A stretch of 64,000 bases of DNA from Diplonema japonicum (Eukaryota > Protista > Euglenozoa: Diplonemea), in NCBI GenBank assembly GCA_964019335.1, contig OZ025660.1, forward strand, positions 248,001 to 312,000, given 5' to 3'. Below are positions 22,398 through 31,774 of the stretch, piece by piece (position 1 is the first letter of the stretch; the number at the start of each line of letters is the position of its first letter). The position numbers were made by a program, and so were the translations under genes. The notes beneath the pieces were generated by a model. That model made no database searches and was not told where the DNA came from. It saw nothing but the letters and a program-made list of their open reading frames with translations.

Positions 22398-25300
22398 CCT
22401 TTATAATGTGGGCGCATCGACGCTCGCTTGAACCGAAAGAACAAAGCGAGTAGACTCTGGAGGGAAAGTCACCGCTCCCCTCCCCTTAAAAAAAAAAGAA
22501 GAAGAAATTGAGTTCAGTCTCCGGAGGTGGTGAAAGATGGTTTGAAACTACGCTGAAGAAAGTAAAATATGTTTGTAAAGGAGGGGGGGGGGGGGGGGGG
22601 TGGTACTTCACTGCCACACCATGGTGGCCGAGAGCTCATAAAAAAAAATAATAATAAAAGCAAAAGGATACCTCAACTCTCTAATACCCCGGTCTACACT
22701 TAGTGTTGCTTTCCGCGATACATTTTAAAAGGTAAAAAGGGTAGAAAAAAAAAAAACAGGCTTTTGTCGAAAGGCGGTGCTCCCCATCTTTTTTTTTTTT
22801 TCCCGGGGGTGCAATGGAGAAAGAAAAAAAAAACTTTGCCATCACACTTTTTTTTTTTTTTTTTTTTTTTTTTTTGTGAGGTTAGGTACTCGGCTTTACG
22901 TTAGCATCACTTGGCCAACCTCTTGCCTTTTCTTGTGCTTCCAATGGCATCTTTAGAGGGCAAGCAAAATTCAGATTCCCTCTCATTTAGACTACATCTT
23001 TGGTCTTACTGCCCTCGATAAAAAAAAAAAAGAAAAAAAAAAAAGATAAAAGAGTGTTGGTGGCGCCCTGAAAAATAAAAAAGAAAAAAGGTTTTTCGTT
23101 CCAACTTCCTGGAAGAGCATTTAAAAAAAAAAAAAATTCAACTCAACCTTTCCCGTATTTTTCTCATTTTAACTTTTTTTTTTTTTTTTTCTTTTGCTTT
23201 TAAAAAAGCCTTTTGATTCTTTGATTGTTTGTAAAGGAGGATGAGGCAGTGGTACATAAAATAAAAGAAAAAAATAATAAAGAAAAGAGGGAAAGAAGAA
23301 CTGTTCAAGAATAATATAAAAAAAAAATAGTTCTTTCCTACTTTTCTTTCTTTTTTTTTCCTTTAAATTTGCCTCATTCCTTTTTTTCTTTTTTTTTTTC
23401 TCGCTTTTTTGTTTTTTACAGGAAATCTCTTTTTCGTTTTCTTTCTTTTTTTTTTTGACTGTGAACAGCCTTGGGGTAATGTCTATTGCTTGGCAAGGAC
23501 GTGAGAAAAGGAAGGAGAAAGAAAAAAAAAAAAAGAAAAGAAAAAATGAAACAGGAAAGAAAACATGAGTGAATATAAGAAAAAAAAAAAAAAGGAATTC
23601 AAACTCCAGCGCGAAACGAAAAACACCTAAATTACTGCGGGGGGGAGGGAGAGGGGAGGAGGGGATAAAGAAACCAGACATTTAAGATTCTTGTTTTCAC
23701 GATCACCAGCTTATCTGCGGCACCTTTAAAAAAAAAAGGGGGGGACACGGTGGGAAAAAAAAAAAAAAAAAAAAAAAAGAAGAAAGAAAGAAAAGGATCA
23801 TTTTTGCGAGATATCGTTTCTATTCTCCCTCGCCATTTTTTTTTTTTTTTTTTCCTCTTTTTCTTTTTTTTTCTTTCTTTTCTCCCCAATAGCAACAGGG
23901 AAGGAGAACATTGATCATCTACCTCCCCCCCCTTAAAAAACATAAAATTGGGGAGAGGGGTGGGGGGGGGGGGGGGGGTGGCAATCTTCTCTACCCTCTT
24001 TATGCTCTTCTTCTGCGCGACCTTTCTTGGCTTTTAAGAGGAAAATCAAGAAATAGAAAAAAAAACCAAGCTGAGAAAGGGGTAAAAAAAGAAAATCATT
24101 CTCGGGCAGGGCGAAAATACGATGATAATTGCCTTGCCCGATCCACTCTATGCCTTGGGGGGGGGTGAAAAATAAAAATGATCATTAAAAAACTAAATCC
24201 CCCCCCTTTTTTTGATCACAAGACTTTGGAACATCAGAATAAAGATAAAAAGAGAAACTGACTGTGCTATCTATACGTGCTGGTGTAGAAGCCCTTGAGA
24301 ATGTTTATATAAACTCTCCTCAAAAAAACTAATTCTTCTGGCGTTCCTCTTTTTTTTTTTTATTTAGACAGATCAAAGCCTCGTTCTTGGACAAAAAAAA
24401 AAAAAAAAAAACAGGAAGCAGTTATCACGTGGTGGTACCTCGGAAGGCCGAATGGGACAAGGAAAAGGGGGGAGGGGGGAACAAAAAAAAGAATAAAGGG
24501 GGGGGGGGGAAAGACACTTTGCACAGGATTTCCTGATAAAAAGCAGGTGATATTTCTTTCTCCCCCCCCCCCCCCCTTTTTATTCTTCTCAATTATTCTT
24601 TTTTCTTTTTTTTGAAGTTCCCAACAAACAAACAATAAAGGGAATGGGGAAAGGGGGAGGGCAAAATAATATTATTATCCTTTAAAAATGTGTCAACAAC
24701 TGCGTGATTCTCCGGGTGCTTTATCATCTGGCGGTTGCCTTTAACCATCCAAAAGGCACACATTTAGTTGGAAAATGCTTTCGAGAATAAAAATGGTTTT
24801 TCTTTTTGTTTTTTTTCTGTTTTCGGCTGTTGTTGACAACTCTTGATGGGCCCCTATCTGGGACGGAGGGGGAACAGGGCCATTCCTCATAAGGTATTTC
24901 TTCAAAGTTGGAGTTTTTTTCTTTTTTTTTTTGTGCCTCACCGACTTTGTTGTTGTTGTTGTTAATTAGCCTATGAGCGAAAGCCCTGAGGGGAGGGGAG
25001 GGGGGGGGGAGAAGAAAAATACTTTTTCTTTCTTTTTTTTTTCTTTTTTTTTTTTCCGGCTCGCTAGGGGAGGTATCGCCACGTACCTTTTCTTCTTCTT
25101 CTTTCTCTGTTCAGCTACCCCGTAAGATGGATAAATAAAAGGGAGAAGGGAAAAATGGGGATAAAAAGAGGGAGAAGGAGGGCACTGAGGGGCGGGGGGG
25201 AAGAGGGAAGACAGAGAACAGACCGGAAGCACTTTGACACATAATACAGATGGAATAATATAAAAAGAAGAAAAAAACCACATCCCCCCCCCCCCCCCCC

Positions 25301-26148
25301 CCTCCCCCCTATTTTCTTTCTAAATTCTTTCCACATAACACATGTCTTCAAAGGTTTCGGGAATTTAAAAGAAGAATTCTTTTTTTGCATGTTTTGCTGT
25401 TTTTCTTTCTTTTTCCGTTTCTTCTTCGATTTCCCTCTTAATCTTTTCTAGACAGGTCGGAGTTTGCAAGGTAAGTAAAAAAAAAGATAAGAAATATTTT
25501 AAAAAGATTCTTTCAACTTATACCTTTCCCCCCCCCCCTTTTTTTACCAACACCTTGAATTGCGCCCCCTTTCTTTTTCTTTCCATTGTAATGTCATCTG
25601 TATATAAAATAAATGAGAACTGGACGACAGTACACTGGGCATAAAAAAAAGGGGGGGAAATAATAATAAAAAAAGAACATTTTCACCCACTTTCACCTTA
25701 CCCCCCCCAAAAAAAACAACGGAGGGGGGGGGTGGCAATTGTATTCTTCTTTATACTTTCCTCTAGTCCCCGGATTTCTTTTTAAAACGAAAAAAAAGAA
25801 TAATTTTATGCCCCCCCCCCACTTTTTCTTTCCTCACCTCGAGAAAGAGAGAGAAAAAAACTGGAGTAGTCTGATTGGGCTCGAAAAAAAAAAGGAAACG
25901 GGACAAAAGTCCAACCTGGAAAATCGAATAGCGGGTTCAAACGAGGGATATGGGAGTAAAAAAAAAAACTGTAAAAAAAATATTTGGACTATTTGTCTTT
26001 CACCCCCCCCCCCCCCCCTCCCCCGTTATAAAATAAAAATAAAAATCTCTTTCCCTCGGAAAAAAAAAAAAAAAAAAACTCCATTACCCCACCAAAAACC
26101 TCATAACAACGAGCTAGACGTCGTGAGCGCACGGCTACTGTCGAAAAG

Positions 26149-26191
<43 letters not shown>

Positions 26192-26200
<9 letters not shown>

Positions 26201-27061
26201 ACACCTAGCCGCCTTAATTAAAGGCTTGCTGTTCGAACGGGATACGGAGGGGTCAGAGAGAAGAGGGGAGGTAATCGAGGAAGGGGGGGGTTTCAAGATG
26301 GAAGAAGATGAAGCGGTACGTAGTGGCGGGTCACCTAAGAAGGTGACATTACGAGACCGCGATGTCGCAGTCCCGCGGGCAGGGTCATTGAGACTCATAG
26401 ATGACGACCCAGAGCCGCCTTGACGTGAGGGCACTGTTATCGTCCCCATGGCAGTGGTGCATGTTGAGCCGCTGTTGGGTGGCGACCTAAATGAAGATCG
26501 CAGGGTCTGTACCTCGGGGTTGTTGGTGACGGCTGTGCTATTAACCGAAAGGGAGTGACCCCGTTTTGGACCCAGCCATATGGGAGTTGAAACGTCGCTG
26601 AAGCCAGCTGCTTCCCTCCAGCTTCCAGGTGCTTTCTTCTTCTTCTCGTTGGCCAGCGACGCAGTGGACGGAGTCGCCACATAATCAACGTTTATTTCCT
26701 TAAGCTCGACGTCTGAAGCAGCGGCACCGCCTGATAGTGATGCCTTCTCGGAGAAGGCTTCCGTGAAGGCTTCCTTTGATTTCTCTTCTTCTTTTGCAAA
26801 CTGGTAATACCGGCACAAGCAGTACACCAGACCCAACAACATCAGTCCCATGAAAACACCCCCCGCGACCACAAGCTTCAGCACCGTTCTGTCAGGCGGT
26901 GCGTCAGACCCGGAGTCAGTTGCGTTCCCTTCCCCTTCCCACGGCTCAGCCCATTCTGAAGGTGCGGTCCCAGCACCTGCCGGCACGCTCGCCAGCAGCA
27001 AACCCAACACCGCAATCACCTTTCGTCTAACTTTCCATCGTTCGGTGTTTGATCCACTCAT
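26192..27061 (-). CDS. Single-pass membrane protein (signal/anchor, TM, Ser-rich cytoplasmic tail)
   Basis: Start MSGSNTERW; hydrophobic VIAVLGLLLASV; TM LVVAGGVFMGLMLLGLVYCLC; upstream part of the listed ORF is intergenic or repeat. Confidence 0.65.
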
Positions 27062-27283
27062 CACCTTTTGTTGGGTTATTTTTTTTTTTTCGTATTGTGG
27101 GAGAAGGGGGGAATAAAAAAAAAAGTTTGTATTTTTCTTTTCTTCTTGAGGGATAAATGTAAATTCTCCCGCCTGAAAAGGGGCAAATGTGAAACGGCGC
27201 AAAAAAAGATAAAAGGGGATGGGGTGGGGGGAGGGGGAGGGGGAAGGAAACATGGCGATGAAACAACAAACAAACATATAAAA

Positions 27284-27397
27284 GAGGAACTGGCCGTTGT
27301 TTGTACGTGCCGGGTAAAACCTGGAGAAGTTTGTCAACCCAAAACACGTTGCCAACGTTCCCCTTTGTTTAGACAAGTCAAAGACTCGTTCTTGCAT
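27284..27397 (-). repeat. Dispersed structured repeat family B (~114 nt), copy 1
   Basis: Nearly identical to 58460-58574; degenerate copies at ~24342-24389, ~45295-45342, ~46057-46136. Confidence 0.9.
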
Positions 27398-27536
27398 AAA
27401 AAAAAAACCCCCCTTGCAACACTATTTCGCGAAGTGTGCAGCGGGATGGGTGATGAGGGGAGAAAGCAACTATTCGTACAGAGCCGAAAAAAAAAAGAGC
27501 AAAAATGGGAGGGTGGAGAGGAAAACACACGGGCGA

Positions 27537-27569
<33 letters not shown>

Positions 27570-27571
<2 letters not shown>

Positions 27572-27606
27572 CATTTAAGGGTACCTGCGGTATGTGACAG
27601 GACGCC
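27570..27606 (-). mobile_element. Extremely 5'-truncated insertion of the LINE 3' terminus (37 nt)
   Basis: 36/37 identical to 37920-37956; flanked by A-run+GA on both sides (apparent A16GA target-site duplication). Confidence 0.85.
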
Positions 27607-27697
27607 AAAAAAAAAAAAAAAAGAGCTTGAACAGATTCCCTTCTCGTTTAAAATACAACTCTAAACAACACACGCAGTTGCTTGTTTTGGGAAAGCT

Positions 27698-29830
27698 TCA
27701 GCTTGGCGGCTTTGGTGCCAGCGGGTTAGCCCTGCTGCCAGCGAGCCTGTTCATTGTTTTCTGTTTCTGTTGCTCTGAGATGGGGGGCAATTTTTGGGGT
27801 GCTTTGGCTTGCAGTTGTTGTTGCTGCTGCTGCTGCTGCCTCGGCCGCTCAGCGGGAGTGTCAAAGAAGCCTCCGAAGCGTTCCTTGGCCGGCGGTGCCG
27901 GTGGTGGCTGGGGCTGTGGCCGCGACTGTTTCCTCGAGCGTGAGAGCTCAAGCTCTTTCACGTTCTTGTTGTCTTTGCTATCGGCTCGCTCCCTCTGTTT
28001 CTTTGACCTCTCAGCCAGTTCTCGAATCTTCTTGATGAACGGCAGCTTGGCTCGGGTATCGTCTGTCTGGTCCTTCGTGTCATTCATTACCGGCCCGTTC
28101 ATGTCCTTCACCATTTCGTAAGGGAGCTTCCCTTGTCGGAGCATGTCTAGGAGTCGATCTTTGAGAAGGTCCAGACCGTCAGAAACAGAGCTGAGAAGAG
28201 AGAAGCCAGAGCGGCCAGAACCAACACGAAGGCCTACTGGGACTCCTGTCGCACGCATGCCTGAGGTGGCCATGGCTTCCCTTGTGGACTTGGCAACACG
28301 TTCTACCATGCTCTCGAATTCTGCTGAACCAATACCCTTATTGCACCCCTCGGAGCCCCCCACAGCAACTGACACTACAGGTACGTACGCCATGGACGCG
28401 GTTGACTTCACAGGTGGGTAAGCAGTTATACCTTTATGAAAAATCTGCACCACCCGCTCCTGTCCGCATGGACCTACCTTCACGCTCTTTGTGTTCGGCC
28501 TCATGTTCATAGACAGCTCTCTTGCACTGTTCTCTATCGCCAGCCGCATGATCCCTGTCAGTGCCTTGTCTACGCATCTTCTTAGATCGCTGACTCTTTT
28601 GTCTAACACTTTTGTTAGTTGCTTGGTCTGCGAGTCAGGTAGGAAAGAGAGCACCCCTGCCACCTCCGATAAAGGCTCCCCAATTGCGGCGGCGAGGTCG
28701 ATGCTCATCCGCCCCATCTCGGAAAGCAGGGAGAAGAACACTGGGTTCTTTTCGGGGTTCTTTGTGATAAACCGTTCCACCTGGGACATCGCGTCCTGCA
28801 CGGTTAGAGGGATTGTTTCTTTCCTCACTGCTGCCGTGTACTCCATCACCTTGGCTGTGATCCTGTTCACCTTCCGCTTTGTGTCGACGGTCAGCTCCGT
28901 GTACAGGTCCTGCTTGCCATGCATGTCCACGTCAAAGGTTTCCATGAGGCGCTCCTCCCGTACCTTTTCCTTCTGCATGATGAAACTTCTTTTCAAGACG
29001 GCCTTCTCGCCACCTCTGCGGTTGGTGGCCTCATTCTCCTCTTTGATAGCTTCGAGTCTCTGTGACACTGTTGCCAGCTGCATAGCTTGCATCTCCATTG
29101 CTTCTGCATCGGAAGAGGCCTTCTCATCAAGCTTCTCAATCTTGGATCGCAAAACAGACGCTTGTGAGCAACGCTCGGTTAGTTCTTGCTCTTGTTTAAG
29201 AATTGTCTCCAGGCTTTTGTTGTTCTCCTGCTTCAGGTCTTCCACACGCGATTCCATTGCCTCGTTTCTCATTGTTGACTTCTTCAAACCCTCGGTGGCT
29301 TTCTCCAGCAAGAGCTTCACCTCTTCTAACTCTATGCTCAGTGCTTGGATGAGATCGGCGTCCTTGTTTGCCTTCACGGCGAGGTTGGTGCATTTCTTTT
29401 GAAGGTCAACAGACAGGGTGGTCAGCTGGCTGAGAGAGGTGACCTGCTTGGTGATGACAATCTCGTTGTCTGCGATTCGTTTTGTTTGTGCCTTGCTGAT
29501 GTGCTGGAGGGCCGTTGCCTTCGCGCTCAGTGCCTGCTCGCGAGTCTCGACTGCCTTAAGTAGATCGATAGGCACCATAGTCGGGGGCTCACCCTTCACC
29601 ATGCTGAACACATGGTTTATATTCTCGTACTGCGGTCTGAACCGATCAGAGTGCAGCAGCTCCAGTATCGCATTGTTGGAAATCTCGTTGTAGCGCGTCT
29701 CCTCGTCCTGAACCGCCTTCCTGGGCTGTTCACTATCCGGCTGCCCTTTCTTCAACTTAACTCTATCGATGGCATCCTGCTCTTGCCGGTACCCGACTTG
29801 ACCGGTACCCGTCCGTGAGGCAACACCCAT
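27698..29830 (-). CDS. Coiled-coil hypothetical protein
   Basis: ~710-aa ORF, long heptad-rich region, Q/P-rich C-terminus; CAG acceptor just upstream of the ATG. Confidence 0.7.
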   Translation of the reverse strand: MGVASRTGTGQVGYRQEQDAIDRVKLKKGQPDSEQPRKAVQDEETRYNEISNNAILELLHSDRFRPQYENINHVFSMVKGEPPTMVPIDLLKAVETREQALSAKATALQHISKAQTKRIADNEIVITKQVTSLSQLTTLSVDLQKKCTNLAVKANKDADLIQALSIELEEVKLLLEKATEGLKKSTMRNEAMESRVEDLKQENNKSLETILKQEQELTERCSQASVLRSKIEKLDEKASSDAEAMEMQAMQLATVSQRLEAIKEENEATNRRGGEKAVLKRSFIMQKEKVREERLMETFDVDMHGKQDLYTELTVDTKRKVNRITAKVMEYTAAVRKETIPLTVQDAMSQVERFITKNPEKNPVFFSLLSEMGRMSIDLAAAIGEPLSEVAGVLSFLPDSQTKQLTKVLDKRVSDLRRCVDKALTGIMRLAIENSARELSMNMRPNTKSVKVGPCGQERVVQIFHKGITAYPPVKSTASMAYVPVVSVAVGGSEGCNKGIGSAEFESMVERVAKSTREAMATSGMRATGVPVGLRVGSGRSGFSLLSSVSDGLDLLKDRLLDMLRQGKLPYEMVKDMNGPVMNDTKDQTDDTRAKLPFIKKIRELAERSKKQRERADSKDNKNVKELELSRSRKQSRPQPQPPPAPPAKERFGGFFDTPAERPRQQQQQQQQLQAKAPQKLPPISEQQKQKTMNRLAGSRANPLAPKPPS

Positions 29831-29898
29831 CACCTGTATTAATAATATGCGATGATAAACAGAAAAACCGATAAACTGAATAACGAGAGGGACACAAG

Positions 29899-30050
29899 AT
29901 GCAAGAACCGTCTAGCCTTGTGGTTCAAGGCAGACTTAAGGTTAGGTGTCGAAGAAGAAAGAAATTCACTATGATAGGAACGAAGTGGTTAGCAACGGCC
30001 CAATGAAAGAAAATATAAGAGATTAAGAAGGCCAGTGTTGGTGGCACCCT
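29899..30050. repeat. Longest copy of repeat family A with 5' hairpin
   Basis: ATGCAAGAAC + hairpin GTCT(A)GCCTTG/CAAGGCAGAC + family A 40-mer + GTGTTGGTGGC.CCC (also at 23054). Confidence 0.75.
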
Positions 30051-30086
30051 TTAAGAAAAGAATGGTCGAAGTAGTCTTTTCTTTTT

Positions 30087-31670
30087 TTACTTCTTGAAAC
30101 CCTTGCCGCCTTTTCCGCTCTTGTACCCTTTCGAACCTTTGCCGCCCTTTTTGCCGCCCTTTGATGAGTGGTAGCCGCATTTCTGCGACCTGTCCATCGC
30201 GAGGAGGAGGCGGTTGTTGTGGTCGGAGCAGCGGCTGAGGCCTTGGAAAGAGTGGTATTCGTCCCAGGAAGAGATCTTCTTGACCTCAGCGAAGCCCTTC
30301 TTGATGGCAAGCTTTGCGTCGTTGATGCTCATGGCGCGCTGCAGGACGCCTTTGGCGAGGCTTGAAAACAAGTTCTGGAAGCACAGCAAGTCGCGGCCGA
30401 CCACAGACGCCTTGAACATCTTTGCGGGCCGTTCGGCAGCGTTTCTGTCCAGCAGCTCCGGGTAGGGCGCCGACTGGTGGAAGGTGCCTTTCGCAGCCCA
30501 GAAAAAGTTTCTGGTGTCCGACTCGGCACACAGCGGTTCGGCGAGATCCTTCCAAGAGAATCTTGAAAACGGCAGCAGCGCGAGCAGGACGCCAAGGTTG
30601 GGGACTTTGTTCTTCACACGGTGCCCCTCGTCACTGATGAACAATTGGATCACACGGTCGACATGCTGCGTCACCGCAGCCCGCTCGTCGTCGTTCACTC
30701 TGTTCAAGGTGTCAAGCAGCGTGTAGTAGCACTCGATGAAGCTGTCGCTCGTCGTACCGTCCACACGCTTCGCCACCTCCACCACAAGCGAGGTCATTAG
30801 CACAGCGGCGCTTTCCACCAAGTGCATCACCCAGCCGGCGGCAGGGGGGTTTTTCCCTCCTTCCTGTCTCTTTCTGATTTCCTCCAAACTCGCCACAAGC
30901 AGGTCTGCCTTCTTGACCCTCTCGTGGTGCTCGCTGGTGTGGCTCAGCGGGAGGAAGTGTGTGAAGCTCTTCAGATTGTCACTCGACTGCCTGACACCCC
31001 TCTTAAAGGCCTCGTGCGACAGGACCTCGCCAGGGGTGCTGAGGCTCCCGTTATTGGAAATCTCGATCCCGATCCCAAGCAGAGCGTCGTCTTCGTCAAG
31101 TGTTGCGCCGCTGCTGTAGCACACGATGTTATCGTGCTCGGAGATAGAGCGGGGTGCCGCCTCCAATGTCACTGCGGGGGACGGGTCACTGGTGGAGTGA
31201 CCGCACGAGCACCTCTCCGTTGGGGCGTGGTTCCTTGCGCTGTCGACGTCTGCCTTTGCGGTCGACAACAGCCTGTCATCGTTGCTGAGGAGGCTCTGCA
31301 TCTGAACAAGCACTGTCTCCAATGTGTACGCAGGGCTCCATCCCTCGTTGGTGCTGCCCCACTCCCCATGAAACTGCTTGAAGTTCCCAAAGATGTTCAA
31401 ACAAACGCTCCGCCTCCCCTTCGAGTCGTGGTTGACAGCCCCTCCGTGGTACGTGATCGGCGTCACGAACCAGGCATTCGGCGGGCTGATCGGGTAGTCC
31501 CCCTGGAGCTCCAACACAAAGTGCACATTGATCCCCTTGTACGCACCCGTCTGCCCAATCACGTTACAGTGGATTTCGTTCAGGTCGTCGTTGCAAGGGG
31601 CAGCTGCCGCTCCGGTGACTGGTTGCTTTTGGAGCTGCTTCAGCTGGCGCATGATACATTTTGTCGCCAT
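30087..31670 (-). CDS. Ubiquitin-conjugating enzyme (E2) domain protein with long C-terminal extension
   Basis: AYKGINVHFVLELQGDYPISPP, catalytic VCLNI, GWSPAYTLETVLVQMQSLL; G/K-rich tail. Confidence 0.85.
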   Translation of the reverse strand: MATKCIMRQLKQLQKQPVTGAAAAPCNDDLNEIHCNVIGQTGAYKGINVHFVLELQGDYPISPPNAWFVTPITYHGGAVNHDSKGRRSVCLNIFGNFKQFHGEWGSTNEGWSPAYTLETVLVQMQSLLSNDDRLLSTAKADVDSARNHAPTERCSCGHSTSDPSPAVTLEAAPRSISEHDNIVCYSSGATLDEDDALLGIGIEISNNGSLSTPGEVLSHEAFKRGVRQSSDNLKSFTHFLPLSHTSEHHERVKKADLLVASLEEIRKRQEGGKNPPAAGWVMHLVESAAVLMTSLVVEVAKRVDGTTSDSFIECYYTLLDTLNRVNDDERAAVTQHVDRVIQLFISDEGHRVKNKVPNLGVLLALLPFSRFSWKDLAEPLCAESDTRNFFWAAKGTFHQSAPYPELLDRNAAERPAKMFKASVVGRDLLCFQNLFSSLAKGVLQRAMSINDAKLAIKKGFAEVKKISSWDEYHSFQGLSRCSDHNNRLLLAMDRSQKCGYHSSKGGKKGGKGSKGYKSGKGGKGFKK

Positions 31671-31774
31671 TTATTTTTTTCTTTTTTAAATGTGTTGTGT
31701 ATAATGTTAACCTTTGTGATGTGAGCTTCAAAAACTGCTTCAAACCATACAATGCAACTCGTACATAACTGTAA

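Noticed and set aside
23169-26221. F/K/P/G-rich ORFs in spacers (also 13189-13968, 34820-35218, 55389-56236)
   Set aside because: Translations of homopolymer runs.
27284-27397. snoRNA, tRNA or hammerhead identity for repeats A/B
   Set aside because: No C/D boxes, terminal AGA/ACA, cloverleaf or CUGAUGA/GAAA core found.
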